This document shows positions 25,401 to 33,074 of a stretch of DNA of 33,074 bases, one piece after another. Under the pieces are notes generated by a model that saw only the letters and a program-made list of their open reading frames with translations, was not told where the DNA came from and made no database searches. Within the stretch, counting starts at the first letter, position 1. Each line of letters starts with the position of its first letter. Made by a program: the position numbers and the translations under genes. Source of the DNA: Verrucomicrobiota bacterium (GTDB lineage: Bacteria > Verrucomicrobiota > Verrucomicrobiia > Limisphaerales > UBA1096). Where the stretch lies: positions 1-33,074 of the forward strand of contig JASLKI010000311.1 of assembly GCA_030747575.1 (NCBI GenBank). The letters are read 5' to 3'.

Positions 25401-25580
25401 GGCCAATTTTGTCAGAATGCCCTCGAAAAACTCGCCGGCCGCCTTGCGCGTGAACGTCAGCGCGATGATCCGCTCCGGCGCTTGGCCACTGAGCAGCAGT
25501 CGTATGAAGCGGTTGGTGAGTTGAAACGTCTTCCCCGAACCGGCCGAGGCGCGGATCATCGTGTTCGGAATCCGGCTCAT
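22443..25580 (-). CDS. UvrD/Rep-family helicase with a C-terminal PD-(D/E)XK nuclease (AddA-like)
   Basis: Walker A ASAGSGKTFQLT, DEFQDTS (helicase motif II), and the C-terminal EIIDFKSD nuclease-like motif. Confidence 0.85.
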   Translation of the reverse strand: MSRIPNTMIRASAGSGKTFQLTNRFIRLLLSGQAPERIIALTFTRKAAGEFFEGILTKLATAAIDPPEAKGLAKDIGLPETKPSEFREALRKLVDTMGHLSLGTIDSFFHRVLGLFSFEFGLGGRFEMMGEFDKEQVRLTVLEQLLANRQVKKTDQDELIKSYQLATAGKDNRNFIGSFVEHLEDCHELLLRVPGSDRWGDPARIWPGGNPWVREKAELPDLVVDWRGHINEHPAFTNEVHRNWNALADYLEQWAPGKGLFKKTPKLVMKAVEGLADLERGKWEFENRKKTYSVTKDFSRKLGRVLRYCIAWELEKKLERTRGIHGLLMAYEERYDVQVRRAGRLMFADLPLLLAPSDGRVLLGGKAPDRLDLEYRLDGEFDHWLLDEFQDTSTVQWRAVENLIDEVVQDPSGDRTFFCVGDQKQSIYQWRGGDPRLFDRVKKKYDQGTGDEFKVDSLNKSWRSCPDVLKMVNQVFGNAEKLEPFDENKSAIKRWSEIWGEHKSAKNRVGEKGHSLYLQVDDKEDRWPVVGQLLKKLQPINNRLECAILVQSNRAARDLVNHLRGAGLGMPIVGESATNPGADNPLGIALLSLFRAAAHPEDGFSAGHVWLTPLSKFLPPETTERQSALRDIQRDIYQQGFEAVARQWIEQLDSKLDDFARWRAPQFLELARQFDQSGSRNIDAFLRFVPAQEITEASGASVVQVMTIHKAKGLTFDITIVPDLEGKRLDQARNEALHTQRNNDGEADWVLDLPGKDICMQDDSLKVSIAEARSEACYESFCKLYVALTRSSHGLYVITAKPGNSENYAQLLTATLAKGEDNSFGDESEPGNVIFEEGSFDWVRAKLVEEAKPVAEPELIGAKRGDARLAKRRAAGHDAVVLSGAQLVAFGGADAISFGLAVHKVFEQIEWVDDTTLAKLEPLREVMPEAVDEVARCLANETVAKRLAKGGGDVQLWRERAFDVVLDNEMISGVFDRVHVYGDRAEIIDFKSDRVRDDLSLEQAAEKYASQMKTYRQALTKLTGWPESTIRCCLVFTHPCVVVDV

Positions 25581-28447
25581 GCCGCCACCTCCCCCGGCTT
25601 GGCCGCTGTGCCCTCAGGTTGGTCAAACAGAATGCTCTCAAAGTCATCGTGTTTCAGCTTGACAGTTGGAGGCCAAAACCGCTTCGCCGCGATGTCCTTA
25701 ACCACGCCCTTCGCGCAGGCAAGCGCCAACCCCTTTACCTCATCATCGAATGGTGCCATCAGACTCACGCCGGTGTCCATGCCCACCGACGGGATGTTGA
25801 AATAACCGACACTCACGTCCGTGCCATAATCTTCCTCCAGCGCCCAGGCGTATAGCGGCAGTTGCAAATCCAGCCAACGACGCGCGCCGCCCCGGTTATT
25901 CACCTTGATATCCAGTCTCGCGTATTCGGGCACATTTTTTGAGTCGCGCTTTTCCCAGTAAGTTCCCCAGTGCGCCTTGGCCGGTTCCTTGGCCGTGGCC
26001 GAAGTCTTGTAATCCAGCACACGCACCGTGCCAGTTTCACTATTCCGTTCAACGCGATCGATGCAGCCTCGAACCAGCATCCCGTCCAGCGTCTCGGCAA
26101 AGACCCGCTCGGCTTCGATAATCTCCCAGCCCTTCTCGCGCTCACGTGCCTGCATGGCCGCCACGTGATGAAGCCGCCGCTCGATAATCTGCTGCTGCAC
26201 CCGCAGCGGGAGCGGCGGATGACTTCCAAAATCCAACTCGACCTGCCGCTTAAGTTCCGCAACCAGAAATTTGTAAATCGTATCGGGCGATGTTGAGTTG
26301 CGAATTTTTCCGTCGTTCCCAAACGCCTCCAGCACGCAGTGCACCAGCGAGCCGAAGCCACGCGCGTCCTGTTCTCGCTGCTCGAAATCCTGCAACTCCA
26401 TCCCCAGCACATGGCGCAAATAAAAACGAAACGGGCAATTCAGATAGGACTTGATCGATGTGGGGCTGAGCCTCTCCACCGGTTTGAGTGTCTCGACGCG
26501 CAGCGGCCAAGCTGCCTTCCACGCGGGGGGTTGATCATCCGGCGGCAGTGTATCAAACAAATGCCTCACGCGATCGGGCAACTGCTCGTCAGGGCAGCGA
26601 AACAACAGGCGCGACGGCTTCAGCGCGTCTCCGTTATTGCGCTGGCGGCCAACGTAAAAATCCACTCGCCCCTCGCCCCGGCTGCTCACCAGCAACTCAA
26701 TCAACCAAGCGTCTCGGGCGAAACGATCCCCGTTTGTCCGAAGGCCAAGCGGGGCACGGATGCTCTCTGGCAAAAAACGATCGCCGTGAATCGACTTCGG
26801 CAGAAGCCCCTCGTTGGCACCGGTTACGAACAGATGCGGTGCGTCTTCCCACACCAACTCGAGCCAACCCTGCAGATCTATCGTGTCCATTGGCCGCTCT
26901 GGAAAAAGCGTTTCACGGCTTAAATCGTCGAGTACAAGTGAGAATTCCAGCGCCACGTTTCGCATGGCCTCGGGCGGCACGGCGGCGTCTAGATTAACCA
27001 AACGATCGTTCAGTTTGCCGATGACTTCGATGCGAATTTCATCCTCCGTTTTTGCGCTGTCGAACTGACGATCCGTCAGGGTCGTTTTCAAAAAACCGGC
27101 CAAGCCGACCGATAACGGACCATTCTCCAACTCACCCAACGCACTCTGCAGCAACTGCAACGCCGATCGGGCCGTGATGCGGCAACCGATTTTTTCCCGC
27201 TCACTCCGTTTTTCAAAATCAAGTTGCGTCGCCGCCGCCAAATCAGCCGGCAAATGCTTAAGCCGCAAATCGTCCAAGCCACGCAGCAAGTCCGTTGTCT
27301 GGATCGAGTCATCCTGTTGCGCCAGCCAATCCCACGCGTCCGGCAAACGGAGAAATGCATCCGCGTTGCCGAAGGTCGGATTTTGAAGCACCGACAACAG
27401 CGACTCGAGAAATGCATGCAGTGCTGTGCGTCGAACTGACTGCCCGCTCGGGTCAAAATGCCGAATCCCGCTCGCGCCCAACTCGCGCTCAAGATGCGGA
27501 ATCACCTTGGGATCGGCCGTGCCGACGCCGACCGTTTGGTAAACTTTTTTGTCGTACCGATTAAGCCACTTGGCCACGTCGCGGGCTTGGGTTCGCTCAT
27601 CCAGAGACGGGTGGAGTTGCCCGTTGGGCAAGGGCAAATCGCGCTTGCCCCAATGCTCTGGTACTGGCCGGCCCCAATCATCGAAGAGTGACTTGCCGCC
27701 CTCCGGCCCGAACACAACAGACTCGATCGCCACCCCCTGCGCCGCTGCTTGGCCAAGCGCGGACTCCACCAGCGGTGACAGATCTGTGACGCCCATCAGC
27801 ACAACCCGGCGGATGCCCTTGGGCAACACCGGCTTAGCGGCGGCGGTACGCTTGGCATCGTGCACATCATGCAAGCCCACCTTGGCCAGCGACTCACGGT
27901 AAAGCGACTCGAGTTTGCTCAAGTCCTGCCAGCGCTGCGCTTCCTCTTCACAATGTTCTGACTCCGCCACCGCCGCACAATCCCAATCGGAATCGACGAG
28001 TGTGCCGCGCAATTCGTGCAGCGATCGCGCCATCAGTCGGCGCCAATTGTAATCCACCGACGACGGTAATTGAGGGAAAAGCGCCGGGAAAAGCGCAAGC
28101 GACTCGCCTTGCAACACATTCACCCAATGCCAAAGGCAAGCCACCGTGTCGGCGACGGTCTCGGCTGACTCCTCGTCAACCAGCACAATTGCCGGCGTCG
28201 CCGTTTGAGGCGGGAACAGGCCACCGTCGCGCTTGGCCATGGCATTCGCCAACGCCTCGCGCAACCGGCGGCCTGCCTGCCGTGTGGGCAGCAGCAGCAG
28301 CGTCTCGCTCAAGTCGGCGGAGACGCCAAACTCGCCGGCGAGCAGCCACTCGGTCGCCGAGGTCAGTAGCGGTTTATCCCAGGTGAGGTAAGTTGTTTTC
28401 GGAGAGACACCCATTCCTTCGCCCGATTCTATTGGGCTACTCATCAT
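25577..28447 (-). CDS. PD-(D/E)XK nuclease family protein (AddB-like partner)
   Basis: 956-aa ORF. Its stop overlaps the AddA-like start as ATGA (25577-25580). C-terminal nuclease-like GCIDRVE..VRVLDYKTS motif. No Walker A recognised. Confidence 0.8.
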   Translation of the reverse strand: MMSSPIESGEGMGVSPKTTYLTWDKPLLTSATEWLLAGEFGVSADLSETLLLLPTRQAGRRLREALANAMAKRDGGLFPPQTATPAIVLVDEESAETVADTVACLWHWVNVLQGESLALFPALFPQLPSSVDYNWRRLMARSLHELRGTLVDSDWDCAAVAESEHCEEEAQRWQDLSKLESLYRESLAKVGLHDVHDAKRTAAAKPVLPKGIRRVVLMGVTDLSPLVESALGQAAAQGVAIESVVFGPEGGKSLFDDWGRPVPEHWGKRDLPLPNGQLHPSLDERTQARDVAKWLNRYDKKVYQTVGVGTADPKVIPHLERELGASGIRHFDPSGQSVRRTALHAFLESLLSVLQNPTFGNADAFLRLPDAWDWLAQQDDSIQTTDLLRGLDDLRLKHLPADLAAATQLDFEKRSEREKIGCRITARSALQLLQSALGELENGPLSVGLAGFLKTTLTDRQFDSAKTEDEIRIEVIGKLNDRLVNLDAAVPPEAMRNVALEFSLVLDDLSRETLFPERPMDTIDLQGWLELVWEDAPHLFVTGANEGLLPKSIHGDRFLPESIRAPLGLRTNGDRFARDAWLIELLVSSRGEGRVDFYVGRQRNNGDALKPSRLLFRCPDEQLPDRVRHLFDTLPPDDQPPAWKAAWPLRVETLKPVERLSPTSIKSYLNCPFRFYLRHVLGMELQDFEQREQDARGFGSLVHCVLEAFGNDGKIRNSTSPDTIYKFLVAELKRQVELDFGSHPPLPLRVQQQIIERRLHHVAAMQAREREKGWEIIEAERVFAETLDGMLVRGCIDRVERNSETGTVRVLDYKTSATAKEPAKAHWGTYWEKRDSKNVPEYARLDIKVNNRGGARRWLDLQLPLYAWALEEDYGTDVSVGYFNIPSVGMDTGVSLMAPFDDEVKGLALACAKGVVKDIAAKRFWPPTVKLKHDDFESILFDQPEGTAAKPGEVAA

Positions 28448-28612
28448 GGCGCAATCGATACCACGCCCGATGGGACAAAAACGGTCTCATGTGAAAACAA
28501 CCGGCATAAACGTTGAATTTGCGAAACAAACAGATCAGTGCGATTTACCCGATCTGCATCTTAATTTCCCTAACCCGACCAAACGTCGTTGAAGCATTAA
28601 ACGAGTAGACAA

Positions 28613-29425
28613 TCACCGCGGCCGCTTGGGCGGATTCTTCCAGTTTTTGTGCCACTGGTATTCCCAAAGTTTCTCATTTGGTGTCAGACTGGCATGTCCA
28701 TCGTAGAATACCAGGTTGATGGCGCCCGGCAACGGCTTGTCCCGATACTTGCTCGATGGTAGTGACAGATTTCCGGCCGGATACTTGTGGCGCGCCATTG
28801 TGATACGCGACATCCCTGCATTCTCAGTGCTACCAAGGGCAAGGTTACTCGCCGGCTGATGCCTCTCCAGTGGCCACGCATCCACCCACATCGAGTCACA
28901 GAAAATCGGGCTCTCACTCGAATGCCGAACATCCGAGTCGAGCCGGAAGGCTAGATTTCTGGCCATCCCATGCTGTGTTATCCAAGCTTGATTCCAATCA
29001 CCGGCATAAAACCAGCCATTGAGTGCATAACTGCCAGTCCATTTCGGCTCACGAGTACCAGGGCGCAATTCGCTCCCCCAAACCCATGCCGAGGTCGAAG
29101 AACCTCCCTTCCCTTTCTTGTACGGCGCAGTTGGGCAAAGACGTATCGCATCGGTCTTGGAATAATACTCCCCGATCGATTCCATCCAAAGTTTCCCTTT
29201 GCCCATGGTGTATGAGGGTGTCTTTCCGGTCTCGTTCGAATACAGGAAGAACCCCAATCCAAGTTGTTTTAGGTTGCTTAGGCATTTTATTTCCGTCGCT
29301 TTGCCCTTCGCCTTGGCCAAGGCCGGTAGCAACAACCCAGCGAGAATCGCTATGATCGCGATGACCACCAGTAACTCGATAAGCGTGAAGGCTTCCCGGT
29401 TCGCGCTTGGCTTGGGTTTTTTCAT
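28613..29425 (-). CDS. Prepilin-type N-terminal cleavage/methylation domain protein (H-X9-DG / DUF1559-like)
   Basis: [25 protein letters not shown]-terminus and the C-terminal NLVFYDGHA motif. Confidence 0.85.
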   Translation of the reverse strand: MKKPKPSANREAFTLIELLVVIAIIAILAGLLLPALAKAKGKATEIKCLSNLKQLGLGFFLYSNETGKTPSYTMGKGKLWMESIGEYYSKTDAIRLCPTAPYKKGKGGSSTSAWVWGSELRPGTREPKWTGSYALNGWFYAGDWNQAWITQHGMARNLAFRLDSDVRHSSESPIFCDSMWVDAWPLERHQPASNLALGSTENAGMSRITMARHKYPAGNLSLPSSKYRDKPLPGAINLVFYDGHASLTPNEKLWEYQWHKNWKNPPKRPR

Positions 29426-29434
29426 CTTTTTTGA

Positions 29435-30316
29435 CTAATCTTCATTTGACGCCTCCGCCGCTGCCGGGAGACCGGAGCGAACATGCAAGTCGCGCTGGGG
29501 AAACGGAATCTCGATGTCATTCTCACGCAGTTTTTGATCGATGATGAAATTCATCTCGCTGGTGAAATGAATCGGGGTTGCGGTCATTTCCTGAGTCCAA
29601 ACTCCCAACTCGAAGTTGAGCGAACTGTCGCCGAACTCGGTGAATAACACCACCGGCGACGGGTCGCGCAGGGCCTTGGGGTGTTCTGCCGCGGCTTCGA
29701 GCAACAGCCGTTGCAGCAGTTTCAAGTCGCTGCCGTAAGCCACGCCGACCGGCACGCGGATGCGCACCTTCGGGTCGCCGTGGCTCCAGTTGGTAACGGT
29801 GTTGGAGATGAAGTCGGCATTGGGAACAATCATGGTAATGTTGTCATTGGTCACCACCGTCGTGCTTCGCAGCTGAATCTTTGTGACGCGCCCGGCCACG
29901 CCAGCCACCTCGATCCGGTCGCCGATCGAGATCGGCCGCTCGGCCAGTATGATGATGCCGCTGACAAGGTTGTTGATGATATTTTGCAGTCCGAACCCGA
30001 TACCAACCCCCAACGAGGCTGCAATAATCGCCAGGGAACTCAGGTCAACCCCCACCAACTGAAAGGCGACGTAAAAGCCGACGGCGATCAGCGTGTACCC
30101 GATAATCCTACTCAAGCCGAACTGCAGTGAGGGCTGAAGTTTTGTCCTGGACAGAAACCGGCGAATGAGCTGCTTCTGAACGATCCGCTCGATGATGATC
30201 ACGGACGCAAAAAGGATCAGTAGCAAAAGAATACTGCCAATGGTGACGGAGCTGAAGAGTTCGGTATTCCAAACCTTCACGCAAAATTGTTTGATCGTTT
30301 GCAGTGTCTCGTTCAT
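29435..30316 (-). CDS. Mechanosensitive ion channel family protein (MscS-like)
   Basis: TM helices, then LAERPISIGDRIEVAGVAGRVTKIQLRSTTV.T.DN....VPN..F....V.N.S. Start moved to ATG 30316 (MNETLQ..) to avoid overlap with the upstream ankyrin gene. Confidence 0.85.
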   Translation of the reverse strand: MNETLQTIKQFCVKVWNTELFSSVTIGSILLLLILFASVIIIERIVQKQLIRRFLSRTKLQPSLQFGLSRIIGYTLIAVGFYVAFQLVGVDLSSLAIIAASLGVGIGFGLQNIINNLVSGIIILAERPISIGDRIEVAGVAGRVTKIQLRSTTVVTNDNITMIVPNADFISNTVTNWSHGDPKVRIRVPVGVAYGSDLKLLQRLLLEAAAEHPKALRDPSPVVLFTEFGDSSLNFELGVWTQEMTATPIHFTSEMNFIIDQKLRENDIEIPFPQRDLHVRSGLPAAAEASNED

Positions 30317-30326
30317 GGCTGATTCG

Positions 30327-30776
30327 TCAGGGGGAGAAAGTGCTCCCCGCCTTGCCGCCGTGCTTGCGCAGGAAGTCGGCGGTGTCGTTGTGCAACGTGC
30401 CAACAGCCCAATCCAGCGGCGTGCCCCGGTCGCTGTCCAGCGCGTTTACCTTCGCACCCGCCTTCAACAACAACCTCGTCGTCGGCGTGTCGCCCAGCTC
30501 CGCAGCCAGATGCAGCGGTGTTTTGTCGGCATTGTGTTTCACGTTCACATTGGCTCCGCTTCGCACCAACAAGCCGGTAATCTCCGGATGTTTGTTGTAG
30601 ATAGCGTAGTAGAGCGGCGTGCGTCCCAGTGCATCCCGCGCGTCTACATCCGCGCCTGACTCAATCTGCGACTGCACAGCAGCCGTGTCGCCGCTTTGGA
30701 CATCCTGCCAAACATTCGACGCTCCGCAGCCGGCTAATAGCACGACTACCACCATTACTGTACCGCAAACCTTCAA
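30327..30776 (-). CDS. Ankyrin-repeat lipoprotein (GC-rich diverged relative of the array family)
   Basis: MKVCGTVMVVVVLLAGCG lipobox and ANK repeats (TPLYYAIYNKHPEITGLLVRSGANVN, TPLHLAAELGDTPTTRLLLKAGAKVN). Ends TADFLRKHGGKAGSTFSP-stop. cttgccgccgtgcttgcg is identical to part of the tail element at 9959-9976. Confidence 0.85.
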   Translation of the reverse strand: MKVCGTVMVVVVLLAGCGASNVWQDVQSGDTAAVQSQIESGADVDARDALGRTPLYYAIYNKHPEITGLLVRSGANVNVKHNADKTPLHLAAELGDTPTTRLLLKAGAKVNALDSDRGTPLDWAVGTLHNDTADFLRKHGGKAGSTFSP

Positions 30777-30880
30777 TCTCTCCAGCGAACATCAACCAAA
30801 AAACACAGCCACAGCAAACAAAAAATGCTGACGCCGCCTGACCAAGCCGGTACAGTCCCGGAAGTCGAATTCAACTTAAA

Positions 30881-31621
30881 ATGAAAATCACACGCACCAT
30901 CACCCTCTCCCTGTTGGCCACGATTACGCTTGGCCAAGCGCAACCGCTCTCCGAGGCCAAGCCCGGCAAACCTGTCACCCAGGCGCTGATTACCGGCACC
31001 GAGGCCGGTTGGCGTGCCATGACGAAAGACGACTTTGTGAATGTCAACTGCGCCGACGACACATGGTCATTCGAGGGCAATACCATTAAGTGCACCGGCA
31101 AACCTGTCGGTGTCATTCGCACCAAAAAACAGGTCACCAATCTCGAGTTGGTGGTCGAGTGGAAACACAAGCAACACGGTGGCAACTCCGGTGTATTCCT
31201 CTGGGCAATGCCTGAGAGCATCAAGCAACTCGCAGCCGGCAAGGGCAGGCTCCCTGCCGGTATCGAAGTACAGGTACTCGATCTTGGCTATGCCGAGAAT
31301 TACGAGAAGCAGCACAAGAAACCATCCGACTGGTTCACCTCACATGGTGATGTTTTCCCCACGCAAAACGCTAGGATGAAACCGTTCCCACCGGTCGCCC
31401 CGAACGGCAAACGCAGTTTCCCGTCGAAGAACACTACGAAGGGCGTTGACGAGTGGAATCATTACTACATCCGCGCCATCAACGGCGAGGTGCGCCTCTG
31501 GGTGAACGGCGAGGAAGTCTCGGGCGGCACCGATTGCCAGCCGGCCACTGGCTACCTCTGCCTCGAGTCGGAGGGGGCCCCGATCGAGTTCCGCAACCTC
31601 CGCATCCGCGAACTGCCGTAA
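30881..31621 (+). CDS. DUF1080 (3-keto-disaccharide hydrolase-like) domain protein, secreted
   Basis: Signal peptide MKITRTITLSLLATITLGQA. ..W.....GNSGVFLW...., EVQVLD, EWNHYYIRAINGEVRLWVNG, LESEGAPIEFRNLRIREL. Confidence 0.8.
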   Translation: MKITRTITLSLLATITLGQAQPLSEAKPGKPVTQALITGTEAGWRAMTKDDFVNVNCADDTWSFEGNTIKCTGKPVGVIRTKKQVTNLELVVEWKHKQHGGNSGVFLWAMPESIKQLAAGKGRLPAGIEVQVLDLGYAENYEKQHKKPSDWFTSHGDVFPTQNARMKPFPPVAPNGKRSFPSKNTTKGVDEWNHYYIRAINGEVRLWVNGEEVSGGTDCQPATGYLCLESEGAPIEFRNLRIRELP

Positions 31622-31629
31622 TTCGAGAA

Positions 31630-32349
31630 TTAATCCGCCCGGCCGACAAGGATGACGAACTCGCCTTTCGGCTTTCGATCGGCGTACTCGGCCAATAATT
31701 CCGCCGGCAGACCTCGCTGGATTTGCTCGAATTTTTTCGTCAACTCCCGCGCCAACACGATTGGCCTCCCCGGCGCAAACTCGGCCAACTCCCCGAGCAG
31801 TTTCACAACGCGATAAGGTGACTCGTAAAGCACAAGTGTCCCCGGCAACTCCAGCAGCTTAGTCAGGCGCCTGGCCCGTTGGCCGCTCTTCACCGGCAGA
31901 AAGCCGACGAAGTGAAACTCATCCGTGGCCAGACCACTCGCCGTCAGCGCCACCACTAACGCGCATGCCCCCGGCACCGTCTCCACCCGACAACCGGCCT
32001 CGATCACCGCCGCGACCAGTCGCTGACCCGGATCGCTGATGCCCGGGCTCCCGGCGTCGCTGACCATCGCCACCGTTCCCCCGCCCTGCAGCAGCTCAAC
32101 GATCTCACCGGAGCGCTTGGCCTCATTGAACTTGTGCGCGCTCACCTGCCGCTTGGTCAAGCCGAGTCGCTTAAGCAGCATCCCGGTGTGTCGCGTATCC
32201 TCCGCTGCCACGAGGTCGCAGTCGCGCAGCGTCCGGATCGCCCGCAGCGTGATGTCCTCCATGTTGCCGATCGGCGTCGCCACAAGGTACAGTGTCCCAG
32301 GCTCCAATGGCGCGGGCTTCACATCTGGAAGAGCAATCGGCTCGGACAT
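31630..32349 (-). CDS. rsmI: 16S rRNA (cytidine1402-2'-O)-methyltransferase
   Basis: GTLYLVATPIGNMEDITLRAIRTLRDCDLVAAEDTRHTG signature of RsmI/tetrapyrrole-methylase-fold proteins. 239 aa. Confidence 0.9.
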   Translation of the reverse strand: MSEPIALPDVKPAPLEPGTLYLVATPIGNMEDITLRAIRTLRDCDLVAAEDTRHTGMLLKRLGLTKRQVSAHKFNEAKRSGEIVELLQGGGTVAMVSDAGSPGISDPGQRLVAAVIEAGCRVETVPGACALVVALTASGLATDEFHFVGFLPVKSGQRARRLTKLLELPGTLVLYESPYRVVKLLGELAEFAPGRPIVLARELTKKFEQIQRGLPAELLAEYADRKPKGEFVILVGRAD

Positions 32350-32352
32350 TGT

Positions 32353-33074
32353 TCAGGCGCCGCTGGCGAGCGCAATCGCCAGCGGCGGCATCGGGCAACC
32401 GAGTGAATCGGAGATGGCGCGGAGCAGCTCGGCCTCCTGGATTTGCAGGTAACCGTCGGCCGAGACAGTGGCCGCGGCCGCCTCGATGAGTTTACGCTTC
32501 AGATTGATCGATACTCCGTCGAGTGTAACGAGGGCTTGATCCAGTTCCTGCAAGCCGCAATCGACATCCGGCAGCTGGGTCAAACGTGTGACGTCGAGGT
32601 GGGACGCGCCGGCGGCGTAGGCCGTTTGGATGGTTTCACCATTGCTGCCAGCCGTGCAGGCGAGGGATGAAATGAGCACGCTGCATTCGTGGCTCAACTT
32701 TTTCAGCGAGTAGTATCGCGCGAGGGTTTTTTGCTGCTTCACAAAATGCGGCTCTAGATGCCGGATCACGAGCTTGGACAGCGAAAACTCGAACAGGTCG
32801 ATCTTCTCGTCCGCTGCCGCCAAGGACTCCAGCAGTTTGGTGAAACGCTCGAACTGATCCTTCGCCATGCGCCGGAGTGAGCCGACAGCCAGGTCGGCGA
32901 CGGGCAGCTTGGCGCGGGGATCGAGCGATGCCGCCGCGCCGCTCAACTTGAGGGTGGCCTTGGCCATTTGTTTGCCGAAGAGTTCGTCCACTTGGCCAAG
33001 TTGCTTTTTCCGCACCGGCCCGTCCTTCGGATCGAGCAACAGGGCGAATACCAGCGCGCAGGCGTCGTGCGTGT
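32353..33074 (-). CDS. Hypothetical protein, 5' end outside the window; the TerB-like C-terminal segment may be the C-terminal part of an M48-type peptidase-associated protein
   Basis: The frame stays open to the window edge, so the listed TTG at 33039 is internal. C-terminal ADGYLQIQEAELLRAISDSLGCPMPPL resembles TerB-like domains, recalled from memory with low certainty. Confidence 0.6.
   Translation of the reverse strand, partial: THDACALVFALLLDPKDGPVRKKQLGQVDELFGKQMAKATLKLSGAAASLDPRAKLPVADLAVGSLRRMAKDQFERFTKLLESLAAADEKIDLFEFSLSKLVIRHLEPHFVKQQKTLARYYSLKKLSHECSVLISSLACTAGSNGETIQTAYAAGASHLDVTRLTQLPDVDCGLQELDQALVTLDGVSINLKRKLIEAAAATVSADGYLQIQEAELLRAISDSLGCPMPPLAIALASGA

Noticed and set aside
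22443-28447. The helicase-nuclease pair as a candidate novel defence system.
   Set aside because: The domain order (UvrD-like helicase plus PD-(D/E)XK nuclease, with a partner PD-(D/E)XK protein, coupled by ATGA) matches the housekeeping AddAB/RexAB-type recombination complex. It also sits among core genes of uniform composition.

Overview
High-GC (about 60-68% by hand count of single lines) bacterial chromosome segment. Its gene content looks like Planctomycetota/Verrucomicrobiota: an H-X9-DG-type prepilin-like protein, DUF1080, a PQQ-like propeller, an S1 sulfatase, and a xylose-isomerase-like TIM barrel next to a Gfo/Idh/MocA oxidoreductase. This taxon call is inference only. The window has three parts. 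(1) 1-7166: the tail of one secreted protein, a CRTAC1/ASPIC-UnbV FG-GAP protein, and a divergently transcribed 1125-aa secreted protein built from five tandem ~203-215-aa copies of a domain I cannot assign. (2) 7290-19868: an accessory region that ends at a tRNA-Leu(CAG) gene. It opens with a very AT-rich plus-strand block (17-28% GC in sampled lines) carrying a SCO1/SenC-type copper chaperone. A minus-strand array follows in which unrelated cargo genes are bracketed by the same two short coding elements. The cargo genes are ankyrin lipoproteins, a sulfatase, an esterase, a PQQ propeller, a small AT-rich lipoprotein and two ABM monooxygenase-like genes. One bracket is a leader (MKHLLLTTIAAVVLVGCG, 6 copies). 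The other is a tail ((A/I)(D/N)LLRKHGGKTGEELKAEGK-stop, 8 clear full or partial copies, a 9-nt trace at 11934..11942, and one diverged relative outside the array at 30327). Tail and leader usually abut through an ATGA stop/start overlap. Several tail copies persist untranslated, one is split by an inserted coding module, and one leader is orphaned. This argues for DNA-level cassette dynamics, and it is the most interesting signal in the window. A second repeat family of ~45-70 nt brackets the small ABM genes. (3) 19956-33074: ordinary core genes, namely the sugar-phosphate isomerase-like/oxidoreductase pair, an AddA/AddB-like helicase-nuclease pair, a prepilin-like protein, MscS, an ankyrin lipoprotein, DUF1080, RsmI and a truncated ORF. 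I recognised no integrase, transposase, CRISPR array or rRNA. All functional calls rest on motif recognition by eye, not on database searches.
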